DNA of 64,000 nt from Octopus sinensis (Eukaryota), in contig NC_043011.1 of assembly GCF_006345805.1 (NCBI RefSeq), positions 27,540,464 to 27,604,463 of the forward strand. The letters run 5' to 3'. The translations under genes and the position numbers were made by a program. Below are positions 11,808 to 24,693 of the stretch, piece by piece. Position 1 is the stretch's first letter, and each line of letters starts with the position of its first letter. The notes beneath the pieces are model-generated. The model saw nothing but the letters and a program-made list of their open reading frames with translations. It did not search any database and was not told the DNA's origin.

Positions 11808-12221
11808 AATGAGGGTGAAAAAATTGTATATTAATTTGATAACATCAATTTAACACCAGTGGTTTAGCGCATAAAAAACTGGGATTCAGTAAATATTATT
11901 AATACACATATGAGAGAGAATCCACTAAAGTGGACGCCCTTACGCTAAAGAGAGATCCGCATGAGTCTCAACCACTAAAAATTGTTCTCAAGAAAAACTT
12001 AGCATACTATGATCGTAAGCGAGCAGGACAAATGAAAAATAACAAAAATATAGATTAACCCCATACAATTGTTTCACTGTTAATAAATTATGCAATTTTA
12101 CTTACACAATTAATTTGCAGATCATCAGTGGAGTCCGTCAAAAATATAATTTTCCACTGATGATCTGCAAATTAATTGTGTAAGGGCGTCCACTTTAGTG
12201 GACTCTCTCTCATATGTGTAT
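11808..12221 (-). mobile_element. Non-coding hammerhead-bearing element with inverted 5' end (Penelope pLTR-like)
   Basis: Hammerhead at 12059-12133; inverted arms 11902-11943/12180-12221 and 12101-12132/12153-12184. Confidence 0.65.
12059..12133 (-). ncRNA. Type I hammerhead ribozyme
   Basis: CUCCA-CUGAUGA-UCUG..hairpin..CAGU-GAAA-C-AAUU-GU-A^-UGGGG; palindromic loop III AAUU; U.U at the base of stem II. Confidence 0.75.
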
Positions 12222-12496
12222 ATATACACATATGTGTATGTGCCCCTCTCGCTCTTTAAATATCCATATAGCAACTCTCGCACACATATATACATATTCA
12301 ACAGAATGGGTAAAAACTAAGTGCGTAGCGTTATATTAAATAATATGTACCAAAACTTTAAATAGAAACTGAAATGGAAAATTCACACATACGACGATGT
12401 TAATTCCTCGTTAGTTATTGTCCAAAAGATCATAAGATGTGTTACATGCATATATTCGTAAATATATGTATGCATGTATGTATGTATGTATGTGTA

Positions 12497-12558
<62 letters not shown>

Positions 12559-12577
12559 ATATATATATATATATATA

Positions 12578-12797
12578 CTGTTGTGTCTCGGAGGAGTCAT
12601 TTTCTTTTTATGCCTTATAATTTAACACACACACCAGTAAAATTTCCACTTATTTCTTATTTATATTTTCTTAAAAGTTTCGTTGCGTGTCGCAACCTTT
12701 TCAGCAGTCAAGACTATTGAAAAGGTTGCATGACGCAACGGTGAGTGTGTTAAATTATAAGGCACAAAAAGAAAATGACTCTCCCTAGACACAACAG
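12578..12797. repeat. Fold-back (inverted repeat) element
   Basis: Arms 12578-12630 and 12745-12797 (~52 bp, few mismatches), plus an inner inverted pair CGTTGCG..CAACCTTTTCA / TGAAAAGGTTGC..CGCAACG. Confidence 0.8.
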
Positions 12798-12940
12798 AAT
12801 ATGCTTCAACACACGAACTCACATAAAGAATCTCGCCAACCAAATCCCAAAACAATATATATATATATATATATGGCGGTGCCCCAGCATGGCCACAGCT
12901 CGTGAGCTGAAACTAGAATCAATCAATCAATCATACATAC

Positions 12941-13190
12941 ATGGAGGCGCAATGGCCCAGTAGTTAGGGCAGCGGACTCGCGGTCGTAGGATCGTGGTTT
13001 CGATTCCCAGACTGGGCGTTGTGAGTGTTTATTGAGCGAAAACACCCAAAACTCCACGAGGCTCCGGCAGGGGGTGGTGGTGATCCCTGCTGTACTCTTT
13101 CGCCGCAACATTCTCTCACTCTTTCTTCTGTTGGCCTGCTCGCTTAGCCAGCGGGATGGCATCATTTGAAGGCTAAACCAGCGATGTGTA
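12941..13190 (+). mobile_element. tRNA-derived SINE family B
   Basis: TGGAGGCGCAATGGCCCAGTAGTTAGGGCAGCGGACTCGCGG...GGTTTCGATTCCC (A and B boxes). Confidence 0.85.
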
Positions 13191-13800
13191 GCAACATCTG
13201 GTTTGCCTGGCTGGTCATGTGATCATGTGATATATAACTGTAGCTGACAGAAGGGACGACAAAGGAGCACTATAGGAAAGAACATGAAAATACACAGAAT
13301 GTGCTCGCGAATAACCTCCATTCCTCACCAGCTGCCTACCATTTGTCATTACAATTTTGTCATATTTCAAAAATATTGTTTAATTTCCCGGTCTCAGCAA
13401 CTGGGATATATCGAGTAACTGGAATATAATGAGCGGATATGATATACAAAGATGATCAGAAAAAAGTTGACATGTAAAATAACAAGATGGCATATTGAGA
13501 ACTAACAATAAATAAAGACGAGTCATGAGAAGAACGGGAACAATGTAATTAAGGAAAGAAACGAAAACGTACTATAAGTGAAGAAATAATGAACAACAAC
13601 AGAGACGCATTCGCATTCATAGAATATCGCCTACACGTTAAAAATATGATGCTTTCTATGAGGTAACGCTACGCGTAGATATACACATATATGAGGGTTT
13701 TGTGCATACATGTTTGCATAAATACATGTGCACACACACGCGCGCAAACGCACACACACACACGCACACACACAGACAAACGCACACACACACACACACA

Positions 13801-14112
13801 TGGAGGCACATGGCCCAGAGGCTACAGCAGCGGTCCCGGGATCGAGGGATCGTGGGTTCGAATCTCATACCGTTCGATGTGTGTACTTATGGGCGAAAGA
13901 CCTAAACTCCACGCCGCTCCGGCAGTAAGGTAATGGCGAACTTCTGCTGTTTTTCGCCACAACTTCTTCTCACTCTTTTCTCCTGGATCTAGCAGCTCAC
14001 CTGCAGCGGAATGGCGTCCCGACCAGGTGGGGAACCTATACGCCAATGAAAACTGGAAACTGGCCTTTATGAGCCAGGCATGGCTCGCGAAGGAACGAAC
14101 AATGAACCCCAC
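13801..14112 (+). mobile_element. SINE family B variant
   Basis: TGGAGGCACATGGCCCAG...GGGTTCGAATCTC head with a related body. Confidence 0.75.
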
Positions 14113-14349
14113 CTACATCTCTCTATCTATCTATCATCTATCTATCTATTTTATTTTATTTTTGTTCTTTTCTTCCCTTTTACGATCCCTCTTGATCGAA
14201 AACCTACGCCACCCCTTTCTTTTTTTTTGTTTCTTTTCTTTTGTTTTTTGTTTTTTTCATCCCCCAAAGAAAAGCTCTACCTTGTAACTTGTCCCATCTG
14301 TGTGCAACCCTGTGTGGCCAATAAAGAAACTTATCTATCTATCTATCTT

Positions 14350-14420
<71 letters not shown>

Positions 14421-14442
14421 GTGTGTGTGTGTGAGAGTGTGC

Positions 14443-15004
14443 AGCAGCATGGCTCACTCGTTAGAATGTCGGGCTCACAGCCATAAGGTAGTGAGTTCGA
14501 TTCCGGACCGGGCTGGGAATTGTGTTCTTGAGCAGACAATTTATTTCCCGTTGCTCTAGTTCACCTATCTGTAGAAATGAATTGCGACGTCACTGGTACC
14601 AAACTGTATCGGCCTTTGCGTTTCCTCTACGACGGCTTCATTCAATTTCTGTCTGCTGAAATCCACTGACAAGGCTTTGGTCGGCCCGAGGCTATGGTAG
14701 AAAACACTTGCCAAAGGTGCCACGCAGTGGGACTGAGCCCGGGACCATGTCGTTCGTAAGCAAGCTAGTTACCTATTTCTTTATTACCCACAAGGGGCTA
14801 AACATAGAAGGGACAAACATGGACAGACATAGGTATTAAGTCGATTATATCGACCCCAGTGCTTAACTGGTACTTAATTTATCGACCCCGAAAGGATGAA
14901 AGGCAAAGTCGACCTCGGCGGAATTTGAACTCACAACGTAACGGCAGCCGAAATACCGCTAAGCATTTCGCCCGACGTGCTAATGATTCTGCTAGCTCGC
15001 CGCC
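14443..15004. mobile_element. SINE cluster: family C (+, ~14443-14630), family D (-, ~14630-14772), family A (-, ~14772-15004)
   Basis: Matches to fuller copies at 46248, 21178 and 32584 respectively. Confidence 0.75.
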
Positions 15005-15065
15005 TTGTTATCACACAGCCACTCCTACGCCCCAGGTAATATTGAAATAAGTTTTGTAAGCTTTT

Positions 15066-15607
15066 AATTCCCTCACTTTCTCTTCATGTGCACACATGAT
15101 TTATCACGATTTAGAAAGGAAAAATAACGGTTATATAATCTTATTTTGAAGTTACATACTTTTTGGCGTGACTGGTAACCGGTCAATTGCACAAATGCAT
15201 CATCACGGAATCAGCTATCCTAATTCCAGCGGCTTTATCTATCGAATTGTTAATATTGATATTAGTCATAATGCCCCTATGAAACGCTGAATGATTTAAA
15301 TAACTCTACTAGTTCTGGCTATAATGAGGACTGTCAATCGTAATTAAGTGGCAATAACAATACTGGTGGCCAGTCGTCCCCCAAATGATGTAACTTAATA
15401 AGTAAATCTTTTCGTTCTCTCGACAACGCTTCCTTAACTAAAATCATTGTACAGAAATGTGACGTAACAACTAATAGGAATACTTTTAGTTACATAGGCT
15501 CGACCGCATGTAACTTCAAACGAAAATTATATAAGCATTTTTTCCTTTAGAAATCGTGATAAGGCTTGTGTTACATCACTTACTGAGAAAGTGAAGTGAA
15601 GGAATTA
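15066..15607. mobile_element. Old MITE-like element with long imperfect terminal inverted repeats
   Basis: TAATTCCCTCACTTTCTC...TTATCACGATTTAGAAAGGAAAAA...TTGAAGTTACAT mirrored by ATGTAACTTCAA...TTTTTCCTTTAGAAATCGTGATAA...GAGAAAGTGAAGTGAAGGAATTA. Confidence 0.55.
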
Positions 15608-15614
15608 TAATATA

Positions 15615-15646
<32 letters not shown>

Positions 15647-15882
15647 GCTATAAGCCCATGTGTAAGTAAAAGTATGTATATGTATGTTATTGTCTATGAA
15701 TGTATGTATGCGTGCGTGTATATGTATGTATATATATATATCTTATGTATATAAAATTAATCCAAACAAGAAAGCACAAAAAACACGACAACGCGAGGGC
15801 GTGGAACAAATATAGTATGTGTGTATATATATATATATATGTATATATATATTATATATATATGTAATATATGTGTTATATA

Positions 15883-15915
<33 letters not shown>

Positions 15916-17031
15916 ATATAATATATTATATACACACAATATAGTCCAATCTGAGAGGCATGATAATAGCTCGGATTCTCGGTGTGAAACAACTGGTATC
16001 CGTATCAACCGACACACACACACACACACATACATATATATTAATATATATATATATATATATTATATATATAGAGAGAGAGAGAGATAGAGAGAGAGGT
16101 TGGTCAAAATAATGGAAACACCTTAAAATTTCAAACAAATTTATTTTAATGTGGATCAGGACCACTTTTGGCAGTAACTACAGCTTGAATTCTACTAGGT
16201 ATGGACTTGTACAAAACTTGAATTGCTTCAAATTTTGTGTATGTGTGCGCATGTGCATGTGTGTGTATGCGTGCGTATTTGTGTGCGTGTGTATGTGTGT
16301 GCGTGTGTAAGTGTGTTTACTATGTAAATTCATATCATGAATATTTAGGGCAAGTGCCTGTATGAAGATGGTGCTGTTGTATTCTGTCTCCGGGCACGAA
16401 TGTCTATGTCTCATCAGGCGGCGAAGCAGTACTGTAGGTATTTTGACCCCTTCCACCGCGATGCGAAAACTGCCCAAGGCAAGTTGCCCATGTAGACGAC
16501 CTAACTGCCGGAAAAAACAGCACGAGCTTTATTGTGGAAGATGTTGTGATTCTGGGAGAAATATTTCTACCATCCTCAGTCCTCATGCTTTTTGCTCAGC
16601 CCATCCTCTCCGTTGAGTCAGATGTCGTGGCTTGCTTTCTCATCGGATTCAGACAATTTTCTAGCAAGAATTTTTCGCTCCATCACAGTCAGACTAAGAC
16701 TACGGTCCATGGAAAGAAAACTGTTTCCAATAGATCCTCTAATACCTATCTCTATATTGCCTTACCTTGCTGCCAACACAAACACAAACGAAAGTTTAAT
16801 AGTTCTTTATTGTAATTTAACGGAAAATAGGCCTTATCTATAACAAAATGGTTTCAGAAATATACTCGTTTACAGTAATTCATTTGCGTATGCATATATG
16901 TATGTATATGAAAGCATGAGTGTATATATGTATATGAACATGTATGAGTATATATATATATACGTATGTGAATATGTATGTAAATATGTATGTGCATATC
17001 AGTGTGTCTATGTAACTGTGCGTCTGTCTGT

Positions 17032-17095
<64 letters not shown>

Positions 17096-18035
17096 TTATC
17101 TATCTCCCGCTCTCTCTGTCCCTGTCTGTCTGCCTGTCTCTCTATCTCCCCCCTCCGTCTCTCTCTCTCACTCTATATATATATATAATATATATTATAT
17201 TATATATATATATTTATGAGCATACATGCAAACATACATACATATCGCTCAATCTCTCATTCCACCTATCTTAAGTTAGTATATCTGAACATCTACATTT
17301 CTCTCGATAAATATGCTTTCGACATTATATTCTCTTTTTATTTCTTCCATGATTCTGTAGTAGGCCATTCAGTAAAAGGCTCATTGTATGCATTTTCAGG
17401 TTTAGCTCGTTTATGTGATTTTTTTACTCTTCCTGATTTGAACATTAATTATTAGTTCTTTCATGTTTAGTCGCTGTTCCTGCGCGTGTGATTCCCTGTT
17501 TGAGTCTGTGTGATTGTGTATCTTGAGTCTAGGTGTGTATGTGTCGATACCTACTAATATTTTTACTTTATATGCATTTGTGTCTACACATGCACGCCCC
17601 TCACACAAGCACACCACAAACACACATACATACATATATACACTCGACACGCAGACGTAACTGCATACTTACATACATATATACAAACACACTCACACAC
17701 GCGCATACACAGACACACGCATGTGCACACTCACACATATACAGACATGCACACACACACACACACACATACACACACACACACACACACGCAAACATAT
17801 AGGTGTGCGTTTATATAAACTCAAGTACATACTTAGATTATAGAGCGAACGTTGTAATAAAAACTGCTAAAGAAATACAAGGAAAGCATAACAAAAACTA
17901 AAAAATAACACTCTTACATCACTAGCTACATTTTCTGATGTAAAATATATTGAAATAAGGAACAAGATAAATTGGATGTTTTACACCCTATAAGAGCAGC
18001 TTGTTTCGTTGTAGTGGATATGTATACATACGTAT

Positions 18036-18141
<106 letters not shown>

Positions 18142-18664
18142 AGTATACATATATATATATTATATATATATACATATATATGCTGGCATATAAGTATATA
18201 TTTAGTTAGGATATTATAACACACACTCCACCCACACATATTTTATACAAATATACATACATACCCACCGCATACACACAGCGTATATAATATATATATA
18301 TCATATATATATATTATATATGTAAATATACATACATACATACACGCGTATATATATGTACACATATGTACATATGCACATATATGCGTTTGTAAAAAGT
18401 TCAATGTGGATTCTTCCTTTAATTGGAATGGTTTCCAGAACGAATTCTAACGTTGATTACTTTGCTGAGAGTTTAGTACTGTAAATTGGTGTAGATGTGA
18501 AAAGTAGTACTATTGTATCAAATGTATGGTTAATCTACAGAATACGACTGGACTTGTAGAAATTTATTCTATAAATTCATCATACACTTAATGTACTAAG
18601 TAATATTTCAAATACATATTTATGCCCAAATCATTTACACTTGCGTATTTATACATATCACCTG

Positions 18665-18751
<87 letters not shown>

Positions 18752-18768
18752 TATATATATATAAATAT

Positions 18769-19234
18769 ACAATAAAGGCTTCCAAATAAAGAAGCGCCGT
18801 GCTAGACACACAAAAGGGATAAATTCATGAAAGGAATGAAAATTAAAAACGGTTACCAACTCAGCTAATCCTAGACCGATGGTTTCATCTATTTTTAGCA
18901 AACAAACAGAATTTATCTGCCAAGGCAAGAATCATCAGTAGGGAGCCTTCGTAATCCTAGATGTACAGACCGTTAGAGGCAACGATTTGTATACCCTAAC
19001 TTTTCAAACCAGTGCGCAGACGCAAATCATACCCGGCGACAGAGAAGATGCCGGTAAAAAATTTACGAGCAAATTTATCAAGCAATATTTTAACATAGTA
19101 AATAGGGTAATAAAAAATATATTATTATTACCAGTGACCCAGCACAAAAGATGAATTAGTCACTAGACTATATATTATAGAAATACAATAAAAGGCTCCC
19201 AAATAAAGAAGCGCTTCTTTATTTGGAAGCCTTT
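18769..19234 (-). mobile_element. Hammerhead-bearing non-coding element, ~416 bp period with terminal redundancy
   Basis: Direct repeat 18769-18797/19185-19214; palindrome 19191-19234; hammerhead at 18870-18942. Confidence 0.65.
18870..18942 (-). ncRNA. Type I hammerhead ribozyme
   Basis: CCUA-CUGAUGA-UUCU..hairpin..AGAU-GAAA-CC-AUC-GGU-C^-UAGG. Confidence 0.75.
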
Positions 19235-20340
19235 TTACAAGTCAAAATAGACTTGTTCATTTTCCAGGACCCGGGTGCCTGTCTATGACATTTATCTACG
19301 CGTACCTGACATGTCACAAATTTGTGGTCCGTGTAAGATACAATAAAAATCGTGGACAGCTAAAGGTAACCCTATCTTTTTCCCTAACAAATACTATGCT
19401 CATGTAAGATCTGCGTGCACCGTCGTTATTACTCCACGTCCACTGTGGAACGCTCAGTTCATCCAGTCTGTAACGGTCTACTAGATTATAGCGCTCTAGT
19501 AAATCCTTGAGGGCAGGATTTCCTTTCCTATCAGTCGAGCCAACACTATCCAACCGTGCATCGAGGATAAAGTCTCCTAAGAGAACTACTATTTTTAACG
19601 TCACTAGAAAGTGCTCCAGGTCTCGTAAAAATGCCAGACTGCCTACACTCGTCAGGAGCGTAGACAGCTACCAACCCGAAGGACTGTTTACTCACGTAGG
19701 TTACATCCAGGACGACCAGACTACTTTCTGTGTTCAGAAAGACAGTACTTACCTACAAGTCCAAGTTCTTCCTGAATAAGACCACCACGCCCCCTGCTCC
19801 ATGTCGGTTATGAGCAATAAATTTCTCGTGGCCATTCAAGAGAGGCGAGAACACTTGTGGTCCACTAATCTTAGACTCAGTTACAATGCACACATCTATA
19901 TCATGTGACCTGAGGTCGTCCAGTAAACAAATTTGTTTCCATTTCGACCCCAGATCACGAACATTCATAGGTAAAAAATGTTTAAGGTGTACTTACAGTT
20001 TAAGTTGGAGGAAGGACTGCACAAATTTGCCTCCCTCCCCATTTTTCTCTTTGCTTGGTGTAGCAGCTTGGCTTTTTCTCGGTGTGGCAGCCGGGCTGAC
20101 AATTAGTTTCCCCTCCGCCACCTCGGGGCTGACGTTTCTTACATCTTCCGGGTATCGAGACTCCAGCTCCGAAAATAATTTCTCTTTCATTTTTACAAGG
20201 AACAAATTTTTCAGCAAAAAGAACCTGTAAAGGATTAAAAAATAACAATTCAAAATCTTTCAATAAAAATTTAACAGAAATTTTCTTATCCCCGTAGGAC
20301 AAAAAATTACCGTTTGTCATGTTGGCATGTTGTCAATGTG
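19235..20340 (-). mobile_element. Tx1/L1-like LINE fragment: end of ORF1 and APE endonuclease
   Basis: MNVRDLGSKWKQ..LLDDLRSHDIDVCIVTESK; VVLLGDF...LVDRYRL...QWTWSN; PGSWKMNKSIL. Confidence 0.85.
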
Positions 20341-20604
20341 ACAGTCGTATGAAAGGGAAGAATACTATTACTATTTAGCTCTAGGAAGCACCACTTCCTG
20401 CCGACCTTGACACATTTCCTGTGTCCTTATGTTTACAAAGGAGGTAAAGGCGGAGGGAAAGTGAAGAGAACGAAGAGAGTGCCAAGAAATGTGAGAGATG
20501 GTGGGAGCGAGAAAAAGAAAAGCGGAAGGAACGTAGAAACTGTGAAAGGGGCTAAGGAAAGAGTAAGTGTCGCACAGAATTAATATATATGTATTATAAT
20601 TATA

Positions 20605-20644
<40 letters not shown>

Positions 20645-21177
20645 CCATGTGATTGAGAGAAGCAAGATTTTACCATACAACCACATGTTGGGTGCATTTA
20701 CGTACCCGTAACTAACGGTTCGGCAAAAAGACCAATAGAATAAGTACAAGGCTTACAAAAGCATAATCTTGGGGTCGATTTGTTCGACTAAATGAGGTGT
20801 GGTTTAAACCAAAAGTTGTATGGCAACAATCGAAAATTACGCGCCTTTCTTGGAAATTAAATATGCAGCGTAACTACATATGATTAATCACACATAAATT
20901 TACCACTACGTAGTTTAAATGTGCATAAAAACACCATAGCTTCGAGCTTGATTATCTGAGGTATAGCAAAAACTGACCCTGGTCAACAAAATATGATATT
21001 TTTTCTAGTAGAAAACACGGCTACAACATATATTCAGTAAAATATTTTTATGCAAAAACGATTTTTCTATGCGAAAGCATTTCAATAGGGAATGCGGTTT
21101 GTGTGTTAAGCTCTCCTTTTGAAAACATGCACTTTTGAAAAACATGCTCCTTTTGAAAACATTTAATGTGTAAACAT

Positions 21178-21556
21178 GTAGGCACACGAGTGGCTGTGTG
21201 GTGAGTAGCTTGCTTACCGACCACATGATTCCGGTTTCAGTCTCACTGCGTGGCACCATGGGCAGATGTCCTCTACTATAGCCTCGGGCCAACCAAAGCC
21301 CGGTGAATGGATTTGGTAGACGAAAACTGAAAGAAGCCCGTCGTATAAATATATATGTATAAGTTTGTGTGTCTGTGCTTGTCCCCCTACTATCGCTTGA
21401 CAACCGATGTTGGTGCATTTACGTCCCCGTAACCTAACGGTTCGGCAAAAAGACCAATAGAATAAGTACAAGGCTTACAAAAGCATAATCTTGGGGTCGA
21501 TTTGTTCGACTAAATGAGGTGGTCCAGCATGGCCGCAGTCAAATGACTGAAACAAA
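21178..21556 (+). mobile_element. tRNA-derived SINE family D
   Basis: GTAGGC..GAGTGGCTGTGTGGTGAGTAGCTTGCTTACC...GTAGACG..ACTGAAAGAAGCCCGTCGTATA...CCAGCATGGCCGCAGTCAAATGACTG. Confidence 0.85.
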
Positions 21557-21669
21557 TGTGTTTTACTGTCATGCATGTAAGTGTATAATAAAAATATTTA
21601 CCTCACACTTCTCCTACTTAAAAAAAAATCTTGTATGTATTCAAACATTTAGCTTATTTTCAACTCTTT

Positions 21670-21700
<31 letters not shown>

Positions 21701-22207
21701 CCTTAAATCCCTAAAAGTGTTTAGGCCGAAGGCCGCGGCCATGCTGGGGCACCACCGCATATATACATATGTTACATACATGTTATATATGTTATATATA
21801 TGTGTGTGTATGTGTGTATATATATACATACATATATACATACATACTGACACACACAAACACACACACAACCACTCACACACACAACCACACACACAAC
21901 CACACACATACACACAGTGAACATTAATATTTTCCATACAAGTGGTATTCTATAAACGAACGAAAATCGGCTGATTCACAATAACTTGAAAACAATTGTT
22001 ATACAAAAGACAAAATTCAGATGTGATATTTCATTTATTTTATTAAAACTTTTTAGTTTCCATGCAAGTTACAAAGATTAATATGTCTAAATGAAAAATT
22101 ACACCTGCTTTCGTCTTTTCATTTTTCTAAAAAGATTATAACAAATATTTTCATGTTATTGTGCATCTTCACCCATTTTTCTTATGTATACCCACGCACA
22201 TACACAT

Positions 22208-22208
22208 T

Positions 22209-22291
<83 letters not shown>

Positions 22292-22310
22292 ACACACACA
22301 AATACACACA
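22208..22310. repeat. (CA)n microsatellite
   Basis: Directly visible. Confidence 0.95.
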
Positions 22311-22338
22311 CACTCTCACGCACAGACGTAAACACACA

Positions 22339-23309
22339 CATGAGGGTGGGCTGAAAAGTTCATAGACTGTTTATGAAGGAGTGATGGTAGAGTTGTGAAA
22401 TCTCGTACACTTTAATTTCAACATTTCTTATTAATAACTACTTTTCTTCGTTCCAGGTAACCCGATATCTGACTCTTGAAAGAAGACTTCAAATGTATGT
22501 AGTAGCGACTACTTTTGAAAATGGACGAAATTTGGTATCATAGCGTTATCAAGTACCTGCAGGAATAGTATTTAGCCCCAAAGGACATTCATGCAGACAG
22601 GGTTGCTACTTTAGGGAATGACGCTCCATCTTTATCAACAGTGCAAAAGTAGGCAACTGAATTTTGGAGGTAGAGGGAGAGTCGTGAAGATCACACAACA
22701 TCTGGACGTACCAATTGGTGATGGATGTTATGTGATTGACTATAAATCAAATAGCCAATGGTATTTGTATATATCGTGAGAGAGTTGAGAATATTCTACA
22801 CACCAATCTTGGCATAAAGAAGACTTTTCTGCTCGAGTGGTTCCTTATCTTCTAACTCTCACCTGATCAAAAGCCCACACCCGACTGATCACATTACGGG
22901 ATCATCTGATATTGTTTGAGGCAATGCAGCTGGCGTCCTAACACAGGATGAGATAGAAACAATCCATGAAGTGGAAATACCCATTTTCATCAGCTTCAAA
23001 GAAGCCCATGATCGTTTCATCTGATAATCTCAGATTTTGGGGATGCAAAAGGCATTGTGCTTCAAAAGAGCCACACCATCAATGAAGAGAACTATGCCAA
23101 CTTGCTGAGACAGTTACAAAAGGCTAGCGAGACCAAACGCCCTGGAAAACAGAAGAAAGGGGTCATGTCTCACCGGGACAATGTCCAGCACACAAGACCT
23201 TGGTTTCAATGACTGTTGAGTTGTCTCCATCTGAATATCATCTATTACCCAACTTGAAAAAGTACTTGACTGAGAACCAGTATTGCAGAAATGATGACGT
23301 CATGTGTGC
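22339..23309 (+). mobile_element. Degenerate mariner transposon (5' TIR and transposase pseudogene)
   Basis: TIR-like CATGAGGGTGGGCTGAAAAGTTCATAG. From ATG 22521: MDEIWYHSVIKYLQE..APKDIHADRVATLGNDAPSLSTVQK...SGRT; later HRDN-like and YLLPNLKK-like segments. Confidence 0.85.
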
Positions 23310-23737
23310 AGAATATATATACACACATACACACACATATATATAACATAAGAACCTGCTTTGCTAAAAATAGAAGATAGAATCTTCTAAGCCACATAAG
23401 AATCACAAAATTATTACAGGCATGATAATAAAAAAAAATTAGTGAACCTATCTCGGCCGAGAATGCAAGAGGAATGGTGGTTAATTTGATATCATGATTC
23501 CGAATTTAGCGTCAAAGGTGCCTGATTCTCCTTAGTCAAACCTGCCAGAGGCTACTACTAGAATTTCCCCCACCATGCCTGCAGATTCATTTGAATGCTC
23601 CAGCATCGTTGAAAAAAAGGAAATACGTGAAATTATTTGAAAATAAATATGCGAACGATAATATTTCTAAGAATAATATTGTGCATGTACATATATATGT
23701 TTGTGTGTTTGTGTGTATGTGTGTGTGTGTGTGGAGG

Positions 23738-23970
23738 TGGAGGCGCAATGGCCCAGTGGTTAGGGCAGCGGACTTGAGGTCGGAGGATCGCGGTTTCGAT
23801 TCCCAGACCGGGCGTTGTGTGTGTTTATTGAGTGAAAATACCTAATAGCTCCAGGAGGCTCCGGCATGGGGTGGTGGCGACCCCTGTTGTACTCTTTCGC
23901 CCCTACTTTCTCTCACTCTCTCTTCCTGTTTCTTGAGTGACGCTACGATGGACTGGCGTCCTGTCCAGCA
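23738..23970 (+). mobile_element. SINE family B
   Basis: GGAGGCGCAATGGCCCAGTGGTTAGGGCAGCGGAC...GGTTTCGATTCCC. Confidence 0.85.
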
Positions 23971-23984
23971 TATGTATATGCTGA

Positions 23985-24162
23985 CCAAGATACTCTCATT
24001 GGAATGTGTCTAACGAAGCTTTATTTTTCAACATAGTCCCCTATGCAGTCCCCATATTTTTCCATCGGTGTTGCAGTTCTTTGTTCCTATTGGTGAACAA
24101 GCTTTCATCCTCTTGGTAAAAAATATATAAACAGCACACATGACGTCATCATTTCTGCAATA
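23985..24162 (-). mobile_element. Inverted 3' end of the same mariner transposase
   Basis: Minus strand continues [11 protein letters not shown]... to ...GDYVEK*, the canonical mariner C-terminus. Confidence 0.75.
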
Positions 24163-24247
24163 TATATATTTTATTAATTTGCCTGTACGGCTTATGCTCG
24201 CGGCCACATAACGGTATTATTTTTAGAAATATTATCGTTTTCATATG

Positions 24248-24278
<31 letters not shown>

Positions 24279-24414
24279 TATGTATTTATATGTGTATATA
24301 TATGTATATGCATGTATATATATATGCATATAAATGTATATATATATGATATATATATATGTATATATATGTACGTATATATATATGTGTGTATATATAA
24401 TATATAGTGTATGT

Positions 24415-24448
<34 letters not shown>

Positions 24449-24693
24449 AATATTATATATATATATATATATATACATATATTACAAAATAAGAAAATGG
24501 AGAAACACATCTTAATCAATGATCAACTACCAGATGATACCCAATCACATAACTTATTAAACCAGTATATATGAACATTAAGGTCAAACATAATAATATA
24601 GAACAAAACAATGTACATGAAAGAGTAATATGATACAATAAGTACAGTATGTATAAGTGAATATAAATAAATACAAATATAAATATAAACTAC

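Noticed and set aside
13295-13334. Hammerhead-like remnant on minus strand (CUGGUGA...GAGCAC)
   Set aside because: Two or more core substitutions; at best a dead relic.
16400-16790. Possible LINE 3' remnant on minus strand
   Set aside because: Only weak motif resemblance; cannot be supported by eye.
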